61,467 nucleotides of DNA from a virus (IMGVR_UViG_3300026125_000002:1-61467), one strand, 5' to 3'; positions 45,674 through 56,554 are shown, numbered from the stretch's first letter. The notes: generated by a model not told the origin, from the sequence alone. Translations and numbers: made by a program.

Positions 45674-46740
45674 TAGAAGTTATCCTCTCCAAATGGGTTC
45701 TCCGCTGAAAAGTCTAGAATGTTGTCAGCGATTGATTCAATTTCTGCGTTATCTGCAAGTGGATCTGTTACGTCTACATCGTAAGTTAGATCGTCAATCA
45801 CAATCTCATATCCCATCCAACGTTCAGATACGGGTGATACTGACTCATAGTAGTAAGTACCTTTGAATTGTGGTGTGAAGATAACTTTGGCACCTGGTTG
45901 TCCTGGTGTACCAATGTACTCAAGATTTTCGTCTAGCACTTCACCACCTTGACTGATTAGCTTGTCTGTTACGCTAAGAATAGTGAAGCCATCTTCAGTG
46001 TTTGTAGACAGTGACGGATCACTCAAATCAAACGTAATCGGAACACCAAGCTGCCCATTAACAACTGGCGCTTCTTTGCCATCTAGATAGAATGCTCTTG
46101 CTTGTTCAAAATTTGGCTCATCGAACATATCAGCGTATGGGTGATTCTCTGTTTTAGAATCAACAGTAACAAAGAAAGTGAAGTCGTCACTACCGATAAA
46201 TGTGCGATATTGCTCAAAGTAATCGTCAATAAAGTCTTGACCTGTTTCAAATCTTTCGTTACTATATTCAAATAATTCGCAACGTAGGTCATAAGTTTGT
46301 AGAGATCCCATCTGATAGAAGATGGCTTCATGCTCTACGTGCATTACTTTAAAGAACTTGTTATTGAGTGGGAAGTAGATTAGATCGCCTTCCATCGGTC
46401 TTGTTGTATCGTCATGTGTACGATATGCGCCTACTTCTTGATCATAGGTGCGAATCGCAACAGTCAATGTCATACTGTCACGAATCTGTAGACCAAACTT
46501 AGATAGGAAGTCACCTTCGCCCTCAAAACCATCAACACTCTTGACATACATTTCTACCATGTATGCATCTTTAAAGATAGGCATATCGTCTTCATTTAGA
46601 AGTTCATCTTTTGCGCCTATTGTGCGTGGCATGTACCACGTATCTACACCGTATATACGAATAGATTCAATTACCAAATCTTCAATTAGATTTTGCTCCA
46701 TCGAAGCTTGGTAGTTTTCAAAGTAGAAGTTACGAGCCAT
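45673..46740 (-). CDS. gp14: Neck protein (gp14) with an inserted domain
   Basis: EQNLIEDLVIESI..YG, FLSKFG, RPMEGDLIYFP, CELFEYS and DFSAENPFG motifs. Confidence 0.92.
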   Translation of the reverse strand: MARNFYFENYQASMEQNLIEDLVIESIRIYGVDTWYMPRTIGAKDELLNEDDMPIFKDAYMVEMYVKSVDGFEGEGDFLSKFGLQIRDSMTLTVAIRTYDQEVGAYRTHDDTTRPMEGDLIYFPLNNKFFKVMHVEHEAIFYQMGSLQTYDLRCELFEYSNERFETGQDFIDDYFEQYRTFIGSDDFTFFVTVDSKTENHPYADMFDEPNFEQARAFYLDGKEAPVVNGQLGVPITFDLSDPSLSTNTEDGFTILSVTDKLISQGGEVLDENLEYIGTPGQPGAKVIFTPQFKGTYYYESVSPVSERWMGYEIVIDDLTYDVDVTDPLADNAEIESIADNILDFSAENPFGEDNF

Positions 46741-46746
46741 GAGTAA

Positions 46747-47490
46747 TTAGCCTATCATATCTGATACTGGTAGAGAGTAAGAAGTAATCATTTCATCTTC
46801 TAGTCGTTGAATCTCTTCTCTAGCATCACTTAGAATTTGTTCACCGTTAAACTGTAAACCACCTGGTAGTTGCATACCTGAGAACTTAGTCAAGTTGCTA
46901 CCCCATTGATATTTAATCTTAGCAGTTGCATAGTTTTGTAGCCAGCGATCTTTCCAAACATCAATGTAAATAGCGGGATCGACAACTTCATAGCACTCAG
47001 CTACAATGTAATCGCCTACGTTTAGATTTGACCACTTAGTATCAACGTGCAATCTGTTAACGTGTCGATTGTAGCGAATAGGTTGCATACCAGTTAGCAT
47101 TTCTTCCATCATCTGTAAATGAGCCATTGACAAATAGAAGTTAGTCAAGTTATAATCAGTTATCTCATGTAAATGATTCAAAAGAAACTGATACTGTGCG
47201 CTAAACATATTGTTACTAAATGCGGCAGAAGACGATAGATTGAAAATGTTTACAACACCAATCACGTTTTCTGGTACTGGTATCCAGCCGTTCTGAATAT
47301 CAGGCTCAGTGATAACATGCTTTAGAAAAGTCTTCTGTGCACCATCAAAGTGATAGTCCCAGTAGTACGATAGCGCTTCATCAATGCGATCATCCACCTG
47401 ATCATCATCTACGTTAATTTCAATAACAGGCTTCCCTAGTTTACGCAAGCACCATTCTTTGAATTCTTTCTTTGTAGTTGGTTGTGCCAT
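46747..47490 (-). CDS. gp13: Neck protein (gp13)
   Basis: LRKLGKPVIEINV.DDQV.DRIDEAL; QWGSNLTKF.G.QLPGG. Confidence 0.95.
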   Translation of the reverse strand: MAQPTTKKEFKEWCLRKLGKPVIEINVDDDQVDDRIDEALSYYWDYHFDGAQKTFLKHVITEPDIQNGWIPVPENVIGVVNIFNLSSSAAFSNNMFSAQYQFLLNHLHEITDYNLTNFYLSMAHLQMMEEMLTGMQPIRYNRHVNRLHVDTKWSNLNVGDYIVAECYEVVDPAIYIDVWKDRWLQNYATAKIKYQWGSNLTKFSGMQLPGGLQFNGEQILSDAREEIQRLEDEMITSYSLPVSDMIG

Positions 47491-47500
47491 GTCTTACTCC

Positions 47501-48334
47501 TTAACCAAGTGCTATTGCGTATGCGATCATTGCTTCTGCGTCTGCTCCACCGCCGCCACCACTTGCAGCAGCTATAATTTCTGAAGCGTGTAGTCCGTCT
47601 AGTTTATCTGCATCAAGACCTGAACCGCCACCATCATTACCTGAGTGCCATAGATTGTACGTACCGCCACCTGTAGTTATTGTACCATTAGCTCTAAGAT
47701 AATGAGTACCACCGATGTTTGAGCCAATGTAGACGCCATAGCTAGGGTTCCAACCGATAGAGTCTGTCATAGCATTACTTGTGATCCAAGTACCAGTCTG
47801 AGAACCGAAACTCAAGTCACCAGTCATGGTACCACCTGAAGTAGGCAAGAATCCTGCATCGCCCGATAGAGTTGTGCTGATAGCAATGTTACCACTACCA
47901 TCGAAGTTTGCATTACCTGATACTGCGCCACTAAGGGCAATGTTTCGTGGTGTGGCAAGCTTAGTAGCAGTATCAGCGTTACCTTTGAACCCACCAGATG
48001 CGCTAATAGTACCATCAATTTGAAGCTTATCAGTACCGTTATCTGTGCTAGTACCAATCAGAACACGACCATAGTACTCAGCAATACGAACTTCGCCAGT
48101 ATCATCAACTTCAATAGAAGGAATACCTGAAACATCGTTTACAGAGAAGATGGTGCCTGTTAGATCGTCACTGATAGAGAACAACTGACCAGCAGAGCCT
48201 TCAAAAGAAAGTGTACCATCATCAAGAACAGTCAATGAAACTGTATTATTATCTGCGCCAGTAAACTCAATCTTAGGATATGCAGTTTGCCCCTTATTGG
48301 GAGTGATTAAAATATTTTTATCTGTGTTTGCCAT
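47501..48334 (-). CDS. Short fibre-like virion structural protein
   Basis: LSFEGSAGQLFSI.D, GNADTATKLATPRNI.LSG, WHSGNDG.GSGLDADKLDG and IAYAIALG fibre motifs. Confidence 0.75.
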   Translation of the reverse strand: MANTDKNILITPNKGQTAYPKIEFTGADNNTVSLTVLDDGTLSFEGSAGQLFSISDDLTGTIFSVNDVSGIPSIEVDDTGEVRIAEYYGRVLIGTSTDNGTDKLQIDGTISASGGFKGNADTATKLATPRNIALSGAVSGNANFDGSGNIAISTTLSGDAGFLPTSGGTMTGDLSFGSQTGTWITSNAMTDSIGWNPSYGVYIGSNIGGTHYLRANGTITTGGGTYNLWHSGNDGGGSGLDADKLDGLHASEIIAAASGGGGGADAEAMIAYAIALG

Positions 48335-48354
48335 TGACTAGTCTACCTTAAATG

Positions 48355-48888
48355 TTAGGTCCATTTGCTATTATTTATACTCAGCTTATCTATAGCAGTC
48401 TGTCTTGTTTCTTCATCAGCAAAGAGAAGTGCAACGGTGATTCGATTACCTATCGATACTACTCTATGCCAATCTTGTTCATTCTTAAATTGATTAGTCT
48501 TGTATGACCATCCTATAATATCATAGTGTTTTTTGTCTTGACATTCAAAGTAACTCCAGTTAGAATCTGAGTAAGTCAGTATCAAGTTATATCCATTTAC
48601 TTTAGAGTTAGTGTGCCATCCCAAGAAGTCTCCTTCTTTGTATAGGGTTGTCATCATAACAATACCGTTTAACTTATTTTGCAATTCATATACAAAGTCA
48701 AACTGATACTTACCTGATATGTCGTAAAGAGCATAGTTTTTAGATACGTTAGAATCACCATCTATCATATCTTCTTTTAGTGAACCACGTTCTAGTCGTG
48801 TGAGAGTGATATCTTCCGACTCACTCAGCACACGATCCGAGAACTTATTTAGAAAGTCATTATGCACATAGCGATGAATGTCTATCAT
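48355..48888 (-). CDS. 2OG-Fe(II) oxygenase-like protein
   Basis: YKEGDFLGWHTN...WHRV...RITVA jelly-roll motif pattern. Confidence 0.65.
   Translation of the reverse strand: MIDIHRYVHNDFLNKFSDRVLSESEDITLTRLERGSLKEDMIDGDSNVSKNYALYDISGKYQFDFVYELQNKLNGIVMMTTLYKEGDFLGWHTNSKVNGYNLILTYSDSNWSYFECQDKKHYDIIGWSYKTNQFKNEQDWHRVVSIGNRITVALLFADEETRQTAIDKLSINNSKWT
48372..48379 (-). promoter_or_regulatory. T4-type late promoter TATAAATA for the fibre-gp13 operon
   Basis: Exact consensus 38 nt upstream of ATG 48334. Confidence 0.7.
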
Positions 48889-51800
48889 GGCAAGTCAACA
48901 CCTAGTAAAACATTTCCATTCTGACCTGTATTGAAGCTTCGACACGGTATGTACACCCATTTGTTGTTATAAGCAAATGTTGGCCCAGATGATTGTGTGT
49001 AATCAGCCGCAATAGTCTCAGCTCCAACATAACTTGCGTTAGCTAGATCACCGTCAATGAGTTTATATTGATGAACTTTAATTGCCTGAAGCATCACATC
49101 AAGCTCTTTCACTAACAATATAGAGCCAGTTGGATCTACTGCAATACCGTATATTTCCTTTCCTAAATCTAGAGTTTGTTCAGGATCTATAGCTATTGGA
49201 CATATGTGTTCCAATCCTTCTCTCAATCCAGCTCTAATTCTAGCAATAAAAGTTCTTAGATAAGTGCTATCATTCACAATAACATACCAATACCCATTTA
49301 CTAGTTCAGCACCCAAAGTCGAAATACTTAGACCAGTCGAGTATACATACGAAGAATCGCCAAGTCGTTTGTATGCTGGTAACTTAGCTAGGTCAGAATA
49401 TGATTTACTCATAACTTCTCTTGTAGAATATGGACTCATTTGTATATCTAAACCATTAGATAGATCAAACGGCGTATCAGTTTTACCTAAAAAGAACCTA
49501 CCATTCTGTGAATCGCTATGAATGTATAACGGTCCATCGCCTTCGAGTACTCTAAGGATATTGGCGTGAGTACAAACAATTCTACCTTTACCATCGTCCC
49601 CTAATATATAATTTGCCTGATACGGTACTCCTGCATCAGTTGATTTAATAAACCATCGTGCATTTGTAGTGCTAGACATAGGCGAATCAGGAGTTATCGT
49701 TGTATTTGGTGCAGATCCACCGCTAATTCCAAACGGGTCACCATCAGTAGCACGGAAACTATAGATTCTACCGTCAATCGAAATTGCGCCGCCGTTTTGA
49801 TAGTAATAATATTCGCTAGCAAAACTTGATGTGAATGATGCTGAAATATCAGCAAAGGCATGTAAAATACTATTGATATAAAGCGCTCTGCGCCCATTGG
49901 GTAATAGATAGAATGTTATACGATATGTTGTTCCAGTGTTGAATGTGTAGCCACCACCAGTTATAGTTGTCACTCCACCTTTACTCCAATATATATGCCC
50001 AACCCCAGTTAATGCGAACCAATCTGAAGTTCCTGGTATACGTATCTCAAATATTCTATCACTATTTGTTGGCGTTGTATCGAAACGTATTTCAAAATCA
50101 TACGTTACTGCATCGTTAGGCGCATGAGCAGTATTTCCATTGTTTAGCTTGAAGCTAGAATATGTTACACCGCCTGGCAATTCGAGAGCACCATTTTGAA
50201 TACTCATATTCGATAACTCTAACGAATAGTCATTGATAATTTCGTTTAAAGTATATCTCGGTGAAACTACGTCAAGAGTGCTAGAGTTTGTCATGTTTTT
50301 AAAATGAAACGCTTGAACGTCGCCAGATGTAGTGACACCCAATCCAATCTGTGCATCTACAGATGCATATTGAATATATGTAGTTGAAGTGCTGAATCCG
50401 CTTGGTGCGCTTCCTGGTGAACCATAATACCCTGCGGTCCAATCATCAATGTTATCGCTTATAGTTCTTAAATCGTAGGGTCTATCAAGAGAAAAAGCTT
50501 TAAAGTTAAAATTCGAGTCGCAACAGGTCCATGTAGACCCATCATGGTTAAACCCAGAATATGTTTTACGATTAAAATTACCGACATTTGGTGTGTATAC
50601 TTTAGTAAAATCTAATGTAGTTACATCATATTGAGTTGTCATAGGCACTTGTCTTGGTAGACCGTCAAAGACTCCAAAAAATATCATAAAGTCAGCCGTA
50701 GCTGCAATTAGATAATCATATCCACCAGCAGTATCAGTAGTTACCAAAGTAGCTGTTGATAAGTCAAACGGCGTTGTTAAATCATATTGAGATATTGTAC
50801 CATTACCCACTAAATCAAGAATATACAAATGCTCACCGTTTGGTGTAAATGCCGCAGTCCTATCATAAGTTTCTGGTAGCGCCATCGTTCCCTTTTCAGT
50901 AAAGCTTTTTAGATTGCTTACTACATTACTATAATCTGAGTATGTTCCGAATTGGGATGCCAATCCAGCAAAATCGCCATTAGGCAATACACATTCAAGA
51001 CGGGAAATTGCACCATTTTGCTCGAATCCTGGAGTAGCCACGGTTGGTCCAGCAGTAGCGGTAGATATATCATACTCGCTAGATAGGGTAAATTCACGTA
51101 CATAATCTCCTCTATAAATGAAAGCTTTTGAGCCATCATTATTGAACATCATACCCCTATCGCCTTCACTCGGGCCTAAACGATAGTCATCCAAGTTGGT
51201 ATTTTTTTGAGAAGCCGTAGTTAGATCGATATCATAATAAAGCTTACTTATTTGATTTTTCTTAGCACCAACAAGATAAAGTACGTCATGTTCAGTCGCA
51301 ATCTGCGAAGACTTGAGTGCTATATTAACGCTAGGTGATGATGTGCTAAGCACACGCCTCACACCTTGTGATACTCGAATATTTGAAACCCAACCATTAA
51401 ATCCATTTCCAGATGAAGTAGTCTCGCCTCCACCTATACGAACTTTTGTGTATGTACCATTTGTTTTAGTAGATGCTATATCGGTAGATGTTGTAGCAGA
51501 ATAAATTGATCCAGCTTCATCTACTTCACCTACCATCCAAAATGTTGTACCTGCTCCAGCAGTCGAAGAATACGCAACGTATTTCCACCCAGATGGGTCT
51601 GGCCCAAGATCGACAGAAGATTGGCCTATAAATTGACCATAACTACCTAGCCAAGCAGTACATTTAATTTTAGGTACGCTTTTATTACCTTCTAGCGAAA
51701 ATTCTAATCGACCGTCAGTAGTGTCCTTTACTGACAATATAACGGCTCCGTTACCGTAGTTATTGTTAGCAAATGTGTCAACCTTAAACATAAACTCAAT

Positions 51801-54494
51801 TGTGTATGGTTGAGTCGTATCAATTGGAGTGCTAAATGGAATATCTAATCTAGATCCTATGTTTTCGGCTGTTAATTTGCTCGCATCGTAATTGTCACGA
51901 ATATATATTGACTTAACTGATTTATTTGGACCACTCTCAAGTGTCATATTATGTGGCAGGAATATTTCATTACCGCTCACATTATCATATAAACCGATAT
52001 CTTTTGTTAGTTCATACTCAGGTTTAATTGCATTCGGATCTATCCAGTCTGGCGACATATCAAAAGAATACAGTGAACCAGAGTTTGTAATGCCACTGAC
52101 CTCAGAATATGGTGCACCTACCCATAATTTACCACCAGTACTAGCATCAGTTAAAAATGCATACGACTCACCGAAGTTGTCATATGTATCACCAGGGTTG
52201 TCTAGTCTTTGTACAAACTCATATGTTTCACCATCAATTTTATAGAAGAACATCGCCCCTTGTTCGGTTGGATTAGTTTTCCAATTCTGAGAATTTATTA
52301 TGAGTGTATCACCTATGCGATATACGTAGTCTTCCGTAGTTGTGAGTCGTTCAAATCCAGTGAGAGTTGTTATATTCGTTAAACCAGTCTCAGTAGCATT
52401 TACTTTCTTCACTTGCACACTAGGACCGCTACTAATTATATAAATGTGATCGTTATACATAGTAACGGAATCAGTTAGTACACCAGGTAAACTGAATTTA
52501 GGTGTAGTAACTTGATTTAATAGATCAGATATTTTGTAGAAGTATACCGTTCCTGTATTATATCCAGCAGTATCGTCCTGACTTGCAGTTACAATTGCCC
52601 ACTCATCACCTAGAAAACACCCAGAACCAAATCTATCATAATTATTGGGTATTGGGTTAGGAATAGTTACTATATGTTTGCCCGTTATCGTGAACAATTT
52701 TGCAATACCAGCATCGGTCGCACCAAGATCACTACTGCGGTCACCTGTTAGTATGTATTTACCCATGCCACCTATGTCAAATGGACCATATGTAGTATAC
52801 ACCCCACCAATTTTCTCTTTAGTGTCTAAATTGAAAACATGAATTGGTTTTAAAAATGGGTTAAAAAATGTTCCAGGAACATGGTTACCTATTCCTGCAA
52901 TATTACCGTCCATTTTTAGATGGACTGTATATGCACCGTCACCGTAATCCCTTAAGTCAAGAGTTGAATCTTCGTTGTCAATAAGCTCATCCTTAAACGA
53001 GCCAGTTCTAGTATATTTGTTGAATAGTCTGTATATATTTGTAACATTAGAATTATGATTAGTGCTAGATATTCTTGTTTTATTAGATGCCGCCTGATAT
53101 CTGAAAGCTGTGCCTTGATTAACTGAACCGTGTACAGTTTGAACACTACTAGGATCAAACATAAACGGATCTTTAATTATAACCGTTACATTTTCTTGTA
53201 GAGGTATATGATCGCTTGTATACCCAGATGTTGGCATGTTACCATCTAGCTTACTAAAATACGATTTGTGTGCGCTGTGATTTAACTGAATTTCAGAAGC
53301 ATCTAATGCACCATCATAAACAAAGAACTTATCGAAGTATCCATACCAACTTTGTGCGTATAGATATGCGGATGAGCCAGTTGCACGGCCTATCGCATTG
53401 GGTTGAAAGTAGTCGTGTTGACCTGCAGAATTTATTAAAGATCCAGACCAGAATTGTTCACCGTTCTTATACCAAGTCACTGTAGCAGTAACGTTATCAA
53501 AAACGATTGCGTAATGCTCCCAGACTTGATTGACTTGATTTGCACCAGACGATCCAAAACTAAACCCGTTTTGGCGCACCGCTTCTGTTCTGAAGTTAGG
53601 TGGATTGTTTTCAAGATGGTTGATTGTACCTGATCCAAAAAGCAATGATCTACGTGTCAAGTCTAAGCTGTATTGCCACCAAGTATATGTAACCCCAGTT
53701 GGTCTAGTTGCTGGGTTCGTTGTAGCGAGACTTGATGGTATACCGATGTACGAACCAGTTGGTGATCCGTCAGTTTCACCTGTACCATCAAAGAATACAT
53801 AAGCACCGTCAGCAGAAACACCAGCAGTACTTAAGTTTAGATTAGTATCACCGATGATAGATTTCATACTAGTGATAACTCTTTCAGAAGATGCATTGTA
53901 AGGTGTAGGTACAGTAATTTCTGGTGGAACAACTTCTACTTGAAAGTTAACAGCAAAACAACTAATAGCACTATTAGTCCACTCAGACGCAGAGTATGGT
54001 TCGATACGTGAACTAGTTACAATTCTATCTGCACCAGATGTATTAGTCCATCTGAACCAGATTCTAGTCCATTCTTCTGAAGGTATATTGTGTGTAGCAG
54101 AACCACCACCTATACCTAGATTAGTATTAAAATCAACAACGTTTAGTTGACAGTTAAATCTATTTGAAGGCGAAAGCGGATAAACGTAACAACTAACAAC
54201 AACGTTCCAGTTTTGTGGTACTTTAAGATCATTACCAGTGTTGAATAAATCAACCCAGTTGCTAGTAGTTACGACTTTAGATGGCTTATATGCGAATGGA
54301 GTTAATTTCTTTAGACCATCTCGATCTGGTAGCTCAGACTCAGATATAAATGTACCTTGTGTGCCGATGCTACTATACGCTAAGTTTTCGCTCGCAAAGC
54401 TAGGAGTCGTGGGTAGCTTACCTCTGTTTGTCGAATCATATGCAAACAAAAGCTTTTTATCTTTAAAAACAATCTTAGGACCTGAAGTAGCCAT
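48885..54494 (-). CDS. 1869-aa multidomain virion/adhesin protein (LamG-like domains, FG-GAP-like and other beta-propeller repeats)
   Basis: WEHYAIVFD..WYKNG and YTIEFMFK LamG motifs; FG.....LWVGAPY; Y.LTTPFDLST repeats. Confidence 0.75.
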   Translation of the reverse strand: MATSGPKIVFKDKKLLFAYDSTNRGKLPTTPSFASENLAYSSIGTQGTFISESELPDRDGLKKLTPFAYKPSKVVTTSNWVDLFNTGNDLKVPQNWNVVVSCYVYPLSPSNRFNCQLNVVDFNTNLGIGGGSATHNIPSEEWTRIWFRWTNTSGADRIVTSSRIEPYSASEWTNSAISCFAVNFQVEVVPPEITVPTPYNASSERVITSMKSIIGDTNLNLSTAGVSADGAYVFFDGTGETDGSPTGSYIGIPSSLATTNPATRPTGVTYTWWQYSLDLTRRSLLFGSGTINHLENNPPNFRTEAVRQNGFSFGSSGANQVNQVWEHYAIVFDNVTATVTWYKNGEQFWSGSLINSAGQHDYFQPNAIGRATGSSAYLYAQSWYGYFDKFFVYDGALDASEIQLNHSAHKSYFSKLDGNMPTSGYTSDHIPLQENVTVIIKDPFMFDPSSVQTVHGSVNQGTAFRYQAASNKTRISSTNHNSNVTNIYRLFNKYTRTGSFKDELIDNEDSTLDLRDYGDGAYTVHLKMDGNIAGIGNHVPGTFFNPFLKPIHVFNLDTKEKIGGVYTTYGPFDIGGMGKYILTGDRSSDLGATDAGIAKLFTITGKHIVTIPNPIPNNYDRFGSGCFLGDEWAIVTASQDDTAGYNTGTVYFYKISDLLNQVTTPKFSLPGVLTDSVTMYNDHIYIISSGPSVQVKKVNATETGLTNITTLTGFERLTTTEDYVYRIGDTLIINSQNWKTNPTEQGAMFFYKIDGETYEFVQRLDNPGDTYDNFGESYAFLTDASTGGKLWVGAPYSEVSGITNSGSLYSFDMSPDWIDPNAIKPEYELTKDIGLYDNVSGNEIFLPHNMTLESGPNKSVKSIYIRDNYDASKLTAENIGSRLDIPFSTPIDTTQPYTIEFMFKVDTFANNNYGNGAVILSVKDTTDGRLEFSLEGNKSVPKIKCTAWLGSYGQFIGQSSVDLGPDPSGWKYVAYSSTAGAGTTFWMVGEVDEAGSIYSATTSTDIASTKTNGTYTKVRIGGGETTSSGNGFNGWVSNIRVSQGVRRVLSTSSPSVNIALKSSQIATEHDVLYLVGAKKNQISKLYYDIDLTTASQKNTNLDDYRLGPSEGDRGMMFNNDGSKAFIYRGDYVREFTLSSEYDISTATAGPTVATPGFEQNGAISRLECVLPNGDFAGLASQFGTYSDYSNVVSNLKSFTEKGTMALPETYDRTAAFTPNGEHLYILDLVGNGTISQYDLTTPFDLSTATLVTTDTAGGYDYLIAATADFMIFFGVFDGLPRQVPMTTQYDVTTLDFTKVYTPNVGNFNRKTYSGFNHDGSTWTCCDSNFNFKAFSLDRPYDLRTISDNIDDWTAGYYGSPGSAPSGFSTSTTYIQYASVDAQIGLGVTTSGDVQAFHFKNMTNSSTLDVVSPRYTLNEIINDYSLELSNMSIQNGALELPGGVTYSSFKLNNGNTAHAPNDAVTYDFEIRFDTTPTNSDRIFEIRIPGTSDWFALTGVGHIYWSKGGVTTITGGGYTFNTGTTYRITFYLLPNGRRALYINSILHAFADISASFTSSFASEYYYYQNGGAISIDGRIYSFRATDGDPFGISGGSAPNTTITPDSPMSSTTNARWFIKSTDAGVPYQANYILGDDGKGRIVCTHANILRVLEGDGPLYIHSDSQNGRFFLGKTDTPFDLSNGLDIQMSPYSTREVMSKSYSDLAKLPAYKRLGDSSYVYSTGLSISTLGAELVNGYWYVIVNDSTYLRTFIARIRAGLREGLEHICPIAIDPEQTLDLGKEIYGIAVDPTGSILLVKELDVMLQAIKVHQYKLIDGDLANASYVGAETIAADYTQSSGPTFAYNNKWVYIPCRSFNTGQNGNVLLGVDLP

Positions 54495-55870
54495 TAGTGT
54501 CCAAATCTCCCTTTCAATGCGTTATAATTCTGCTTAATCTCTTTTGCTGAAAGCGCTCTATCGTATGCACGAAATACGTTGTAATCGCCATCTATCTTTC
54601 TTGGGTTTGGAAAATTACCGTAACCAAGTGTGTCTATGATTAGACCTGCATATGCTGAATTCCAAACATATGATACATGATCTCCACCTTCGGCTTCACC
54701 GTTCAAATACATTTGATATCGTGTGCCGTCATCGTAGCACACTAAAACAGCTTGGTAGTATTGACCTGCTTGAAGAGTTGTGCTACCATACTTCCATATG
54801 CCTGGGCTTCTATTCCAGAGTGCTAACTTATTATTTAGAACAGACCAATACCAGCTATTGTGAGTGATAGAAGAAGCCCCTATAAAATTAGCAGGACTTC
54901 TATCACCACCGTCATATGCACCAGCAACAGAATCAAATTTAACCCAACTTTCTACAGTCCATCCACCGCTTGACTTTATTGTTCTATTATCACCTTCTGT
55001 ATCAATATAGATTCTGGAATTGAGGCTTGGGGTAAGTTTGAAATTAGCTGGATATAATCCGTAACGTGGTTCCCATGTTGCATATTCAAGTTGAAGGGCA
55101 CGACTTGAACTATAACTACGTATAGAGAAATTTGCACCAACACCGTTTAACAAGTCTTGTAGCGTAGGTTCATTACCGTCACATACGTCAACACGTGGGT
55201 GCCACCACTGTTGATTTGTGCTTGTATCTGTGCTATAATAGAGATAAGTTCTATGAATAGCTTGAGTTGTCCCATCAAGCCAGACCATATCACGATTTTC
55301 GTTTACAATCTTGTTACCGTTCATGTCCCAAATACCGCTGTCTGGATGGGCAGATGCTTCTACACCAGTACCGTACGGATGAACGTGACCTACGAATAGA
55401 TACCAGTCGTTAGCAACACCAGGCCAGCCTCTTGCTGTGAAATATGGGTTAGTAGTTGTGTTTGTTGAAGTTAACCATCTCACACCTATGTTGCTGCCAG
55501 CAGAGTTCTTACCATAAGTCCCTAGATACACACTCCCGTTACCTATAGTTCTACGTCTTATCCAAACAGAAAAACGATACATCTTACTCTGATCAACAGG
55601 AAAGTTGCTAGAATTCCAACCACCGTCAGCATTCGATGTAGCATCCTGATTCGACACATCCCAAACCATAGAAGCTCCAAATGGTCCTATAGATTGTTTT
55701 CTCGAATTTCCGTCACCGTTTTGACCGTAGAAAGTTTCGCTACCTGAACCTGTGTACCATGGATATGGTGCAAGAAGGTTAGTAGTAGGGTAGGTGGCAG
55801 AGGTGCGTTCTGCATCTATATCAACAACTAGATTTTCACGTACTATTCCAGTAGAATGAGCTAATGCCAT
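54494..55870 (-). CDS. LamG/concanavalin-like domain virion protein
   Basis: WTVESWVK, MYLNG and YDRALSAKEIKQNYNALKGRFG motifs. Confidence 0.8.
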   Translation of the reverse strand: MALAHSTGIVRENLVVDIDAERTSATYPTTNLLAPYPWYTGSGSETFYGQNGDGNSRKQSIGPFGASMVWDVSNQDATSNADGGWNSSNFPVDQSKMYRFSVWIRRRTIGNGSVYLGTYGKNSAGSNIGVRWLTSTNTTTNPYFTARGWPGVANDWYLFVGHVHPYGTGVEASAHPDSGIWDMNGNKIVNENRDMVWLDGTTQAIHRTYLYYSTDTSTNQQWWHPRVDVCDGNEPTLQDLLNGVGANFSIRSYSSSRALQLEYATWEPRYGLYPANFKLTPSLNSRIYIDTEGDNRTIKSSGGWTVESWVKFDSVAGAYDGGDRSPANFIGASSITHNSWYWSVLNNKLALWNRSPGIWKYGSTTLQAGQYYQAVLVCYDDGTRYQMYLNGEAEGGDHVSYVWNSAYAGLIIDTLGYGNFPNPRKIDGDYNVFRAYDRALSAKEIKQNYNALKGRFGH

Positions 55871-55873
55871 GTG

Positions 55874-56554
55874 TTATACTCCAAATCTAACTCTTGACGC
55901 ATTAAAATTTTGATATACTTCATCGTCTGATAATGCTGAATTGTATATTCTAATAACTGCAATTCCACCAGAAAATTGACGACCAGTACTTTCCATACCG
56001 ATCTCAACACTTGTTCCAGTTGGCGAGTCGCCAGTTATATTAGAGACTACTGATTTAACACCATCTGTAAATTGATTGAGTTGTGATCCTGTCCAAACAC
56101 TACAAATATGATGCCATTGATATCTTTGCATAGCTGCACCGCTTTCGTGATATCCCTCACTGTTTCTTTGATACCAATAGTTACTTAACTTTTGATTAGA
56201 TTTATTCCAACTCATATATGCGGCTGATCCACCCCACATACGAATGATCGTACCTCTATCACCTGACGAAACTTCGTTCTCTGGATATATCCAAGCTTCC
56301 ATAGTAAGCTTTTCGCTAGGCTGTACTGTTAAAACTGAACTTTCAAAGTATTGACTGGTACTTGTAAATCTATATGCTTTAGCACCCCCTACGATTTCCA
56401 CCGTAGGGGATCCATTTTTAAATACACCAGTGCCGATATTATCTGGTATATTGTACCAGTACACACCGTCACCAACACTCTTACCATTTGCTGCATCTAC
56501 TGCAAATATTAAGTTGTCAGTGACGATCTTAGGGTTACCATATCCAATGCTCAT
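55874..56554 (-). CDS. LamG/concanavalin-like domain virion protein
   Basis: IVTDNLIFAVDAAN, TMEAWIYP, WHHIC and IYNSALSDDEVYQNFNA motifs. Confidence 0.8.
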   Translation of the reverse strand: MSIGYGNPKIVTDNLIFAVDAANGKSVGDGVYWYNIPDNIGTGVFKNGSPTVEIVGGAKAYRFTSTSQYFESSVLTVQPSEKLTMEAWIYPENEVSSGDRGTIIRMWGGSAAYMSWNKSNQKLSNYWYQRNSEGYHESGAAMQRYQWHHICSVWTGSQLNQFTDGVKSVVSNITGDSPTGTSVEIGMESTGRQFSGGIAVIRIYNSALSDDEVYQNFNASRVRFGV

